From assembly GCA_963932905.1 (NCBI GenBank), contig CAWVRN010000005.1, positions 64,001-128,000 of the forward strand: a stretch of DNA of 64,000 nucleotides. Direction: 5' to 3'. Source of the DNA: an uncultured Bdellovibrio sp. (GTDB lineage: Bacteria > Bdellovibrionota > Bdellovibrionia > Bdellovibrionales > Bdellovibrionaceae). The translations under genes were made by a program, and so were the position numbers. Positions 9,984-19,007 of this stretch are shown piece after piece. The notes under the pieces were generated by a model. The model did no database searches and was not told the origin of the DNA. It saw only the letters and a list, made by a program, of their open reading frames with translations. Position 1 is the first letter of the stretch; every line of letters begins with the position of its first letter.

Positions 9984-11024
9984 ATGGTTAAACTAACACA
10001 GACTGTTCAAAAAGGTGGCTGTGCCGCAAAGGTAGCCGCGAGTGAATTACGATCGATTTTAAATCAAGTACAATTCCCAAATGCGCATGCTGAGCTTTTA
10101 GTGGATGGTCGGCATTTCGATGATGCTGCGATCTACAAAGTTAACGAAGAAACGTCATTAGTTCAGACTTTAGATTTTTTTACTCCCATTTTAGATGATC
10201 CATTTATGTTTGGCCAAGTGGCTGCGGCCAATGCCTTAAGCGACGTTTATGCCATGGGTGGATTGCCGAAAACAGCGATGGTTATTTTAGCCTATCCACT
10301 GGCGACGTTTGAAAAAAACTGGGTCGTGGCTTTACTTCAAGGTGTCGCCGATAAAGTCAAAGAAGCCAAAGCCAACATCGTGGGTGGTCATACGATCGAT
10401 GATGACACGTTAAAACTTGGGTTATCGGTTACCGGATACTGCGACACTAATAGATATTGGACAAATCAAAATTGCCAAGACGGTGACGTACTTATCTTAA
10501 CAAAATGTATTGGGACAGGCACTCACACGGCGGCGCTTAAACGTCAATTCGTGAACGAAAGTGAAATCATGGCCGTCGTCAATTCTATGCGACAGTTGAA
10601 CGCAGTTCCTGAGCTGCTGAGTTCAAAATTGTACTCGGCCGTTCACGCGGCCACTGATATCACGGGGTTTGGTTTAGCTGGACACGCATTCAATATGTCA
10701 AAAGCATCTAACAAGCTTTTTGACATTCAGTTTTCTGAAGTGCCACTTTTTGAAGGTACGCTAGAATCATTAGACCGTGGTTATTTAACTAAAGCACATC
10801 GAACCAACCGCGAGTATATTAAAGATTCAGCGAACATGTCGGCTTTGAAGGAATTAGAGATTCTAACATTATGTGATCCGCAAACCAGCGGTGGTTTGTT
10901 ACTGTCAGTGGATCCTGTGCATGTGGATGAAGTTTTAAAAACAGTTCAAACCCAGTTTCCTCAGTCGTGTATTATAGGAAAAGTAAAAAGAAACGATGGC
11001 AAAGAGTTTCTGAGATTTTCATAA
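9984..11024 (+). CDS. selD: Selenide, water dikinase (Cys form)
   Basis: LTQ..GGCAAK, DDAAIY, LVQTLDFFTPI, AAANALSDVYAMGG, ATDITGFGL, DPQTSGGLL. Confidence 0.95.
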   Translation: MVKLTQTVQKGGCAAKVAASELRSILNQVQFPNAHAELLVDGRHFDDAAIYKVNEETSLVQTLDFFTPILDDPFMFGQVAAANALSDVYAMGGLPKTAMVILAYPLATFEKNWVVALLQGVADKVKEAKANIVGGHTIDDDTLKLGLSVTGYCDTNRYWTNQNCQDGDVLILTKCIGTGTHTAALKRQFVNESEIMAVVNSMRQLNAVPELLSSKLYSAVHAATDITGFGLAGHAFNMSKASNKLFDIQFSEVPLFEGTLESLDRGYLTKAHRTNREYIKDSANMSALKELEILTLCDPQTSGGLLLSVDPVHVDEVLKTVQTQFPQSCIIGKVKRNDGKEFLRFS

Positions 11025-12134
11025 ATGTCTGTTTTGGATGGGTGGGTTGAAGAAAATGAAATCCTGGATTTAGTTCGTAAAGGACATCATTGGATTGATG
11101 TTCGCGCTCCGATCGAATTTGAAAGTGGATCTATTCCTAACGCTATCAATTTGCCAATCATGACAGATGAAGAACGGCACTTAGTCGGGACCTGCTTTAA
11201 AAAGCAAGGCCGCGAGGCCGCTATACAATTGGGTCACCAATTAGTTTCAGGCGAAAATAAAGAACAGAAAATAGCGGCCTGGATCGCCGAGTTCAAAAAT
11301 AAAACACCCAATATTTCACTATATTGTTTTCGTGGAGGGCTACGCTCGCAGATCTCTCAATCGTGGTTGCGTGATCGAGGATTCCCTATTCGCCGTGTTC
11401 GTGGTGGCTACAAACACATGCGAAATTTAATGCTTCAACACTTAAGGCATCGAATTATTTCTGCGCCAGTGCATTTGGTGTCGGGCTCAACCGGCAGCTG
11501 GAAAACCCATTTTCTTCAATGGTTAGCGGAAGAGAAACATTTGGTTTTGGATTTGGAAAAATTCGCGGGGCATCGAGGATCTGCATTTGGTAAACGGGGA
11601 AAACAACCGGCACAAATTAATTTCGAACACGACATAGTTAAATGCATTCTAGATCGGGATGATGAGTACGATGGCAGCAAGCCGCTATATATCGAGGATG
11701 AAAGCCGTATGATTGGCCGCTGCGTTTTACCAGATTTCTTTTTTGAAAAGATGCGCTCGTCCCCGATTATTTGGATTGACGAACCCCTTGAACAGCGAGT
11801 TGAAAATATTTTTTACGACTATGTGGCAATAACTGACATTGTTCAGAGTCAAGATCCGCAGCGAATTCAAGCCGTGTATGATGGTTATAAAAGAGCCCTT
11901 TCTGAAATTAAGAAGCGTCTTGGTTTAGAGAAATATTTTGAAATTCTGAAGGACCTTGATGGTGCGGAAGCATCAAGTCTAGCGCATGGCCGTCACGAAT
12001 CTAATCGCGTATGGATTCAAAAATTACTAAAGCACTACTACGATCCCATGTACCTTAACAGCCTGCAACGTCGTCAACCCAAGGTTTTATTTAAAGGTAC
12101 CACGAAGGAAATAAAATCATTTCTTTCGCAATAA
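11025..12134 (+). CDS. mnmH: tRNA 2-selenouridine synthase (SelU/MnmH)
   Basis: Rhodanese DVRAPIEF..YCFRGGLRS, HRGSAFG, EDESRMIG, YYDPMY; directly follows selD. Confidence 0.93.
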   Translation: MSVLDGWVEENEILDLVRKGHHWIDVRAPIEFESGSIPNAINLPIMTDEERHLVGTCFKKQGREAAIQLGHQLVSGENKEQKIAAWIAEFKNKTPNISLYCFRGGLRSQISQSWLRDRGFPIRRVRGGYKHMRNLMLQHLRHRIISAPVHLVSGSTGSWKTHFLQWLAEEKHLVLDLEKFAGHRGSAFGKRGKQPAQINFEHDIVKCILDRDDEYDGSKPLYIEDESRMIGRCVLPDFFFEKMRSSPIIWIDEPLEQRVENIFYDYVAITDIVQSQDPQRIQAVYDGYKRALSEIKKRLGLEKYFEILKDLDGAEASSLAHGRHESNRVWIQKLLKHYYDPMYLNSLQRRQPKVLFKGTTKEIKSFLSQ

Positions 12135-13013
12135 AATTTGAAAACGGTTATCTTTAATTTCCCAACGGAAAAATAAAAACAGTACAGCTGCGGAGGTAAA
12201 GAAAAAAGCTAAAACGGTATCTGCATTTACGACTTCCTTAAAAACGATAAATGCAGCCAGTGCAGATATTGTCGGCTCTAATAATTTTCCGCAGCTCATC
12301 CAGTTAATATTTAGATAGTTCATTAAGTAAGAAAAAAGCGAATGCCCTAGGAATGTAGGGATTATGATCGTTCCAAGCAGAGCCAGCCAGGCTTCGTTAC
12401 TGTAGCCCACCATGGGTGTGTGCATGGTCATTGTCGTCGCTAAGAAACATAGGGCGCAGACGAAATAAATGCCGATCCCAAAATTCCAATTATTCATTTT
12501 TTTGCGACTCTGTTTGGAAAACAGGGCATAGACAGAATATAAAACACCTGACGTTAGAGCAGCGGCTTCCCCATGCCAAGAGTCCAATCCTAAATTCAAT
12601 CGACTGCGCACTAGAAAGTATAGGCCGGCCAAAGCAAACACGTAAGAAAATGCCACATTCTTTTCCAAGGGCTCGTTAAACGCGATTTTTGCTCCGACTG
12701 CAGTAAACAGGGGATTCAAGGCAAACAGGATCATACAGTGGGCGACTGAAGTGGTTTGGGCCGAGTACGAATACGACCAAAGATGTAGGTAGAAAAACAC
12801 CCCGGTTAGAATGACCCATTTTTTGTTGTTGAGTATGTCGGCAAAAATTACTTTGGCTGAATCCTTATACACGCGAAACGACAGTAACAAGATACTCGCT
12901 CCCAGCATGCGCCAAAATCCAAGAGTCTCTGGAGGAATGCCACTAAACTTGATCAAAACTGCGGATTGTGACAGGCTAAAAATAGAGATTATGTAGGTGG
13001 CATAGTGAAGCAT
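12117..13013 (-). CDS. DMT/EamA family transporter
   Basis: About 10 TM helices in two repeats; LEP motif in the second repeat. Confidence 0.85.
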   Translation of the reverse strand: MLHYATYIISIFSLSQSAVLIKFSGIPPETLGFWRMLGASILLLSFRVYKDSAKVIFADILNNKKWVILTGVFFYLHLWSYSYSAQTTSVAHCMILFALNPLFTAVGAKIAFNEPLEKNVAFSYVFALAGLYFLVRSRLNLGLDSWHGEAAALTSGVLYSVYALFSKQSRKKMNNWNFGIGIYFVCALCFLATTMTMHTPMVGYSNEAWLALLGTIIIPTFLGHSLFSYLMNYLNINWMSCGKLLEPTISALAAFIVFKEVVNADTVLAFFFTSAAVLFLFFRWEIKDNRFQILLRKK

Positions 13014-13102
13014 AGGCTCTATGACTGTAACCGCATTGTCGCTAAAAGTTAATTAAGATTTTTACTTGGACAAAGACCAAAATAAATATTCTATCTAGAG
13101 TA

Positions 13103-14227
13103 ATGAACTCATCCAGCGCATCCTCTAAAATCAAGGTGGGCGTAGTCGGGGCTCGAGGTTATTCGGGTCAGGAACTGTGCCGGTTATTAACTCAGCATTC
13201 CGGCATTGAACTTGCCGCTATTTTCTACAATGAAGGTAAGCCATTTACATTGTGGAATCAGTTTCCTGAAATAGAGCGTCTGGCAAAAGCACTTAAAGTC
13301 GCGGAACCCAAGAGCCTTGATTTGGGGAGCTTCTTGGCTTCGTCAGAAAAACTGGACGTCGTGTTCTTGGCAACACCGAATGAAGTGTCACTCGAGTTAG
13401 CTGAGAAATTTTTAAATCGCGGTATTTCCGTCATCGATTTGTCAGGGATCTTCCGATTGAATCAGGTTGAGCCTGGTGTCAGCCAAAGTTTATATCAAAA
13501 GTTTTACGGTATTGAACACAGTCATCCAAAAGCTTTGAAGCAGGCTCATTATGGACTGCATCCATTCAACGGCAAAACCATTTCGGCCCTGAAATCAGGC
13601 GCTCCATTTTTGGTAGCGAATCCGGGTTGCTATGTAACTTCGGTTTTGATGGCTGTTATCCCGTTATTGAAGCAGGGTTTGATTGATCCAAAATCTATTA
13701 TCGTTGATGCTAAGTCAGGCGCATCTGGCGCGGGAAAAAAGGCTAACGAAAACTTGTTGTTTTCAGAATTATATAGCGACTTCTATCCTTACAAAGTCCT
13801 TCAGCACCAGCATGTTCCGGAAATGGAAATGTATTTGGATGTATTCTCTGAAAAAGGATCGAAAGTCGTGTTTACGCCACATTTGTTGCCGGTGTTTAGA
13901 GGCATTCTTTCAACATGTTATTTAAAGTGGTCGCCAACTGTGCAGGGACTATCTGTCGAAGAAAAGAAAGCTCGCCTGCGAAAAGCCTATTTGGCCGCCT
14001 ATGAAAATTACCCGTTGGTAGAGTTTGGAGACATGAAAGAAATGCAGAAGAAAATCTCGGTCAAAGCGATTGCTAGCACCAGTTTAACCGCCATCGGTTA
14101 CGATTTGGACTCGGATAATTTAATTGTGTTTTCTGCACTGGATAATTTGTTAAAAGGCGCAGCTTCGCAAGCAGTTGAAAATTTAAACTGTATTTATGGG
14201 TTTCCCCAATCTGAAAGTTTGCTTTAG
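13103..14227 (+). CDS. argC: N-acetyl-gamma-glutamyl-phosphate reductase
   Basis: VGARGYSG, VANPGCY, SGASGAGK, DNLLKGAASQAV. Confidence 0.95.
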   Translation: MNSSSASSKIKVGVVGARGYSGQELCRLLTQHSGIELAAIFYNEGKPFTLWNQFPEIERLAKALKVAEPKSLDLGSFLASSEKLDVVFLATPNEVSLELAEKFLNRGISVIDLSGIFRLNQVEPGVSQSLYQKFYGIEHSHPKALKQAHYGLHPFNGKTISALKSGAPFLVANPGCYVTSVLMAVIPLLKQGLIDPKSIIVDAKSGASGAGKKANENLLFSELYSDFYPYKVLQHQHVPEMEMYLDVFSEKGSKVVFTPHLLPVFRGILSTCYLKWSPTVQGLSVEEKKARLRKAYLAAYENYPLVEFGDMKEMQKKISVKAIASTSLTAIGYDLDSDNLIVFSALDNLLKGAASQAVENLNCIYGFPQSESLL

Positions 14228-14238
14228 CGGGAGTCATT

Positions 14239-15438
14239 ATGTCGATTGAATCAAATATTAATATTACTAAGTTGCCTCAAGGTTTTAAAGCCGCGGGAAT
14301 TAACTGCGGTGTGCGACGATATCGTCCCGATTTGGCGTTGGTGTTTTCTGAAACTCCCTGCGTAGCCGCGGGTGTTTTTACTTTGAATGAATGTAAGGCG
14401 GCTCCGGTAGTGTACTGCCAATCTATAGTTCCTAGCGATTCCGTTCGCGCCATTGTTACAAATTCGGGACAAGCTAATGCAGCCACGGGGCCCGAAGGTG
14501 TTGAAAATAATCTAAGAATGGCGGCAGGACTTGCTAAAGAACTTGGTTGTTCGCCTAATCAAGTTTTGACGGCCAGCACGGGAGTGATTGGGCAGCAGCT
14601 TGCAATTGATAAGATTGTTTATGGGTTTCCTGAACTTGTTCGCCGGGCTACCAACGATGCGGATTTATTTTCATTAGCCATTTTGACAACGGATTTGGTT
14701 CCTAAAACAGCATCGAAAGAAGTGACGTTGTCGGGTGGACGTATTCGGATTACGGGCGTCTGCAAAGGTTCAGGCATGATTCATCCGAATATGGCTACGA
14801 TGCTGGGATATATTTTCACCGACGTGGTTTTGACTCCAGAACTAGCGCAAAAATATTTAAAACGTGCAGTGGATCTAAGTTTCAACCGCATTAGCGTGGA
14901 TGGTGATTGTTCTACAAATGATACTGTTTTCTTGCTGGCGAATGGTAGTTCAAACGTCGATTTAAAAAATTCTTCAGATGAAGAAATATTTTTCCAAGGT
15001 CTTGTAGATGTATCTCAAGCACTAGCAAAAAAAATCGCGATTGATGGCGAAGGTGCTACGAAACTGATCGAGGTTTCATTGACTGGATCACCAACTCAAG
15101 CAATCGCGGATAAAGCGACTCGTGGTATTACAGTTAGTCCATTGATCAAAACGGCAATTCATGGTGAAGACCCTAACTGGGGTCGAATCCTAGCGCGATT
15201 AGGTGCCGAGGGTGTACCGGCGGCGGCCATCGAGAAAATGGTCCTACGCGTGCAAGGCCAAATGCTATTTGAAAACGGTCGTCCCACGACGTTTGATCGC
15301 GCGAACGTACGCGAGCTTTTGAAATCGAATGTCGTAAAAATTGAAATTGAACTTAACTCAGGCCATTTTCAGTCAGTAGCCTGGGGTTGTGATTTATCTA
15401 AGAAATACGTAGAAATTAATACGGAGTACACAACATGA
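14239..15438 (+). CDS. argJ: Bifunctional ornithine acetyltransferase / N-acetylglutamate synthase
   Basis: NSGQANAATG, STGVIG, KGSGMIHPNMATML, DGEGATK, DPNWGRI, WGCDLS. Confidence 0.96.
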   Translation: MSIESNINITKLPQGFKAAGINCGVRRYRPDLALVFSETPCVAAGVFTLNECKAAPVVYCQSIVPSDSVRAIVTNSGQANAATGPEGVENNLRMAAGLAKELGCSPNQVLTASTGVIGQQLAIDKIVYGFPELVRRATNDADLFSLAILTTDLVPKTASKEVTLSGGRIRITGVCKGSGMIHPNMATMLGYIFTDVVLTPELAQKYLKRAVDLSFNRISVDGDCSTNDTVFLLANGSSNVDLKNSSDEEIFFQGLVDVSQALAKKIAIDGEGATKLIEVSLTGSPTQAIADKATRGITVSPLIKTAIHGEDPNWGRILARLGAEGVPAAAIEKMVLRVQGQMLFENGRPTTFDRANVRELLKSNVVKIEIELNSGHFQSVAWGCDLSKKYVEINTEYTT

Positions 15439-16223
15439 AAAAAAATGAATTGTTGGTCATCAAACTGGGCGGATCTTCGTTAGAAAGCGAAACCGTAGTT
15501 CAATCGTTGGCTAAAGATTTTAAAAAACTTCATGATCTAGGTTACACAATGCTATTGATTCACGGTGGTGGACCAGCCATCAATGCGGCATTAACGGAAC
15601 GAAATATCATTTGGGAATTTGTAGATGGGCAACGAAAAACAACACCCGAAATGATGAAAGTTATTGAGGCTACTTTATTTGGTATCGTTAACCGTCGACT
15701 ACAGACTCATTTTTCAGCACATGGTGTTCCTATTTTAGGTATTTCGGGTTCTGATATGGGCATCTTGCGCTGCTTACCGTTGAATGATGACTTAGGCTTG
15801 GTCGGTCAGGTGACCGGTGTAAACCACGCATTATTGAAGAAAGTAATTGATCTACCGGTAGTGCCGCTTATAACGCCAGTTGGCAGTGATGAAAAAGGTA
15901 ACAAATTTAACATCAATGCCGACATGGCAGCGATGCATATTGCGACCAGTTTAAAAGCAAAAAACTTGATCTATATGACCGATCAAAAGGGCATTTGGGA
16001 CCAAAACAAAGAGACAATTAAGCAAATCGACGCTTTGGGCTTGTACCAATTGATGCAAACTAAGGTTGTTCAAGGCGGAATGTTAGTGAAAGTTAAATCC
16101 GTAGTTCAAGCCCTTCGTGAGGGAGTGGAAGAGGTCGACATCATTGATGCCCGAGCGGAAAATTCGTTGTTTGATTTAGTTCACTCGAAGAAAAGCTTGG
16201 GCACTCGCTGCTACCAAAACTAA
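15435..16223 (+). CDS. argB: Acetylglutamate kinase
   Basis: VIKLGGS, HGGGP, NINAD, GGMLVKV; ATGA overlap with argJ. Confidence 0.94.
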   Translation: MKKNELLVIKLGGSSLESETVVQSLAKDFKKLHDLGYTMLLIHGGGPAINAALTERNIIWEFVDGQRKTTPEMMKVIEATLFGIVNRRLQTHFSAHGVPILGISGSDMGILRCLPLNDDLGLVGQVTGVNHALLKKVIDLPVVPLITPVGSDEKGNKFNINADMAAMHIATSLKAKNLIYMTDQKGIWDQNKETIKQIDALGLYQLMQTKVVQGGMLVKVKSVVQALREGVEEVDIIDARAENSLFDLVHSKKSLGTRCYQN

Positions 16224-16233
16224 ATCCAGGGTT

Positions 16234-16331
16234 GATTTTTCTTCTTCTTTGCTAATTGAGATTTTCTGATCGGGGTAGCGCAAGGGCAACACAATCCGAA
16301 ATTCTAAATTAGCAAAGAAGAAGAAAAAATC
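16234..16331. repeat. Long intergenic inverted repeat (22-bp perfect core, extendable to ~33 bp)
   Basis: TTTTTCTTCTTCTTTGCTAATT (16236-16257) is the reverse complement of 16307-16328. Confidence 0.9.
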
Positions 16332-16625
16332 GTTTTCGCCACGCCCGACCGTTTCGGGGGGGGGGATCCCGACGTTCGATTTTGCGTCACATCCCTAAGT
16401 GTCTGTTAAAGTTCTAAGCGTCAAAATCCCGATCACAAAGGCCCCTGCGCCGCCCCGATCTTTCTGAATTACAAGTAGGAAAGGAAGACAGAATCCAAGG
16501 GGGTGATTGTTTAACGGGCACAAAGCAAGACTCTCACCGCTTTGCAGCGATTTCCAATAACAAACCAAACGGGGTGACAAGTACAACGGATTTTGGCTAT
16601 CATTTCGAAATATCAAGGAGACATC

Positions 16626-17348
16626 ATGTTTAACTCAAAACTTATGGTAGGATTATGCGTAGCCGTTGCTTTCGGAATGGTTGCTTGTGAAAAGAAATTA
16701 GATACGGATCAAAAAAAAGCAAGTTATGCAATTGGACAACAATTGGGTAAGAACTTCAAAGACAACAACGTTGATTTCGACGCTGATGTTTTAGTTATGG
16801 CTCTTAAGGATGTGAAAGAAAACAAAACTAGCAAAATGACCCAAGAAGAAATGGGTAAAGCTATGCAGAAACTTCAAGAAATGGCGCAAGCTAAACAAGG
16901 TGAAGTAGCAGAAACAAACAAGAAAAAAGGTGAAGAGTACCTTGCTAAGAATAAAACAGCGGCTAACGTAAAAACGACAGAATCTGGTCTACAGTACGTA
17001 GTTGAAAAAGAAGGCAATGGAAAATCTCCTTCAGACACAGACGAAGTTAAAGTTCACTACACAGGAACTCTAACAGATGGAACTAAGTTTGACTCTTCTG
17101 TAGATCGTGGTCAGCCAGCTGAATTTCCAGTTAATGGCGTGATCAAAGGCTGGACAGAAGCTTTGAAACTTATGAAAGAAGGTTCAAAGTACAAACTAAC
17201 TATCCCAGCTGATTTAGCGTACGGTCCAATGGGTCGTCCAGGTATCCCACCAAATTCAGTATTGTTATTCGATGTTGAATTGCTAGAAGTTAAAAAAGCT
17301 CAAGCTAGCGCAGCTCCGGCAGCTAAACCTTCTAAAAAGAAAAACTAA
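16626..17348 (+). CDS. FKBP-type peptidyl-prolyl isomerase (FkpA/Mip-like lipoprotein)
   Basis: AAGGAG SD favours ATG 16626; lipobox MVAC; SYAIG N-domain; VHYTGTL.DGTKFDSS, VIKGWTEAL. Confidence 0.93.
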   Translation: MFNSKLMVGLCVAVAFGMVACEKKLDTDQKKASYAIGQQLGKNFKDNNVDFDADVLVMALKDVKENKTSKMTQEEMGKAMQKLQEMAQAKQGEVAETNKKKGEEYLAKNKTAANVKTTESGLQYVVEKEGNGKSPSDTDEVKVHYTGTLTDGTKFDSSVDRGQPAEFPVNGVIKGWTEALKLMKEGSKYKLTIPADLAYGPMGRPGIPPNSVLLFDVELLEVKKAQASAAPAAKPSKKKN

Positions 17349-17353
17349 GTTAA

Positions 17354-17947
17354 ATGAGTGGATTTAATTTTAACTTAGATCCGATTCAGAATTTTGTTTC
17401 TTGGTTAGATGAAGCCGTTGAACAAAAAATGCCAGATCCGAACGCAATGGCTCTGGCAACTGTGAACAAAGAGAATAAACCGTCCGTGCGTATCGTTTTT
17501 TATAAAGGTATGATTCGGGACGGTTTTTCTTTTTATACAAACTACACAGGGCGTAAAGCCCAAGATATCGCACTCAATCCAAATGTCTGCGTGAATTTTT
17601 TCTGGTCGCCTTTAGAGCGTCAAATTCGCATCGAAGGCAAAGCTCAAAAAACAACACGTGAAGAATCGGAAGCGTATTTTAAAACACGGCCTCGCGTTTC
17701 ACAGCTAGGTGCCTGGGCTTCGAATCAAAGTCAGCGATTAATGTCGTTGGAAATCCTTTCGAATAAATTCAAAGAACTTGATTCGCAGTATGCCGGGAAA
17801 GAAATTCCCTGTCCGCCGCATTGGGGTGGATTCATTATTGTTCCTGAAGTGATTGAGTTTTGGAATGGCCGCCAGGGCCGTATGCATGAACGTTATCAGT
17901 ATACGCGTAATGGCAGTGACTGGGACCGATCATTCCTGAATCCATAA
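17354..17947 (+). CDS. pdxH: Pyridoxamine 5'-phosphate oxidase
   Basis: PNAMALAT, FYTNY, RQIRIEG, SQLGAWAS.QS, PPHWGG, EFWNGR..RMHER. Confidence 0.95.
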   Translation: MSGFNFNLDPIQNFVSWLDEAVEQKMPDPNAMALATVNKENKPSVRIVFYKGMIRDGFSFYTNYTGRKAQDIALNPNVCVNFFWSPLERQIRIEGKAQKTTREESEAYFKTRPRVSQLGAWASNQSQRLMSLEILSNKFKELDSQYAGKEIPCPPHWGGFIIVPEVIEFWNGRQGRMHERYQYTRNGSDWDRSFLNP

Positions 17948-18543
17948 TGAAGCGCATTTTAATCACGGGCTTTGAGCCTTTTAGCGATATAAAAAATAAT
18001 CCCAGCGAAACATTAGTTCACGATCTGTATCAGCAATTAAAAAATCAAAAAAAAGTCGACGTTCAGAAGATGATTTTACCGGTAGATTACTTGAAAGCAG
18101 AAAGTGATTTAAGTAAAATCGATTTTGCAAATTATGATTTTGTTTTTCAATTTGGTGTCGCATCTAAACGAACGAAAGTGTGTCTAGAACGAGTGGCACT
18201 GAACTGGATTGAATCTTCGATCCCTGATAATTCTGGTGCTCATCCCAATTGCCGACCTATTGATGACACCTTGGAGTCTTCGAAAATTAACACTTTAGAT
18301 CTGCAGAAACTGGCGGCACGGTTGAATTCGGAGTTTCCTGAATCGGTTGAAGTGTCCTTGTCAACCGGTGCTTATCTTTGTAATTTCGTCTATTTTAAAA
18401 CACTGTCTAAAACTTCGAAATGTTTGTTTGTTCACGTTCCATCATCACTAGTAAATGAAGGTCGGGATTGGAGTCGCACTACAGATACCTATAGAAACAC
18501 GCTGGCCCAAATAGCCTTTCGTATCATTGAATTTACGCTTTAA
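17947..18543 (+). CDS. pcp: Pyroglutamyl-peptidase I
   Basis: ILITGFEPF..NPS, LERVALN, GAYLCN, FVHVP (Glu/Cys/His triad). Confidence 0.9.
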   Translation: MKRILITGFEPFSDIKNNPSETLVHDLYQQLKNQKKVDVQKMILPVDYLKAESDLSKIDFANYDFVFQFGVASKRTKVCLERVALNWIESSIPDNSGAHPNCRPIDDTLESSKINTLDLQKLAARLNSEFPESVEVSLSTGAYLCNFVYFKTLSKTSKCLFVHVPSSLVNEGRDWSRTTDTYRNTLAQIAFRIIEFTL

Positions 18544-18580
18544 GATTTTTGTACATCATCCGCAATGAATCTTAAAAAAG

Positions 18581-18970
18581 CTAATGAAGTGATTCTGGGC
18601 AGACTAAATAGAACTCTGGGATTTCGATCGAGTATTCTTCGCCCTCGTCTGTCATCATTTGGTAGAAACCTTTCATTGATCCACACGATGTCGTTAAGGG
18701 GCAAGCGCTGTCGTATTCAAATGTTTGGCCAGGTTGGATTTTGGGTTGCATCCCGATAACGCCTGGGCCTTTAACTTCTTCAATGCGGCCAAAAGCATCG
18801 GTAATGATCCAATGGCGGTGTTGAAGTTGGGCGCACACAGGGCCAACGTTCTTAATCTGAATTTTATATGCAAAAAAATAATAGTTATGGTGCGGACGAG
18901 ACTCGGCCTCGACATACACTACTTTGGCTTGAATTTGAAAGGTCGGTTCAACAGTTTTAATTTTCGACAT
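18581..18970 (-). CDS. apaG: ApaG protein
   Basis: FAYKIQIKN, RHWIITD, EEVKGPGVIG.QP, GSMKGFY. Confidence 0.95.
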   Translation of the reverse strand: MSKIKTVEPTFQIQAKVVYVEAESRPHHNYYFFAYKIQIKNVGPVCAQLQHRHWIITDAFGRIEEVKGPGVIGMQPKIQPGQTFEYDSACPLTTSCGSMKGFYQMMTDEGEEYSIEIPEFYLVCPESLH

Positions 18971-19007
18971 ACGGTAAATGAAAAGTTAATCAACTTGAAG
19001 TTCGAAT

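Noticed and set aside
9984..10040. Selenocysteine recoding in selD
   Set aside because: The catalytic position is TGT (Cys) and the frame has no in-frame TGA.
16370..16440. c-di-GMP-I (GEMM) riboswitch suggested by GACGCAAA on the minus strand
   Set aside because: No upstream GGCAAA..GNRA hairpin, no matching second stem and no downstream gene on that strand.
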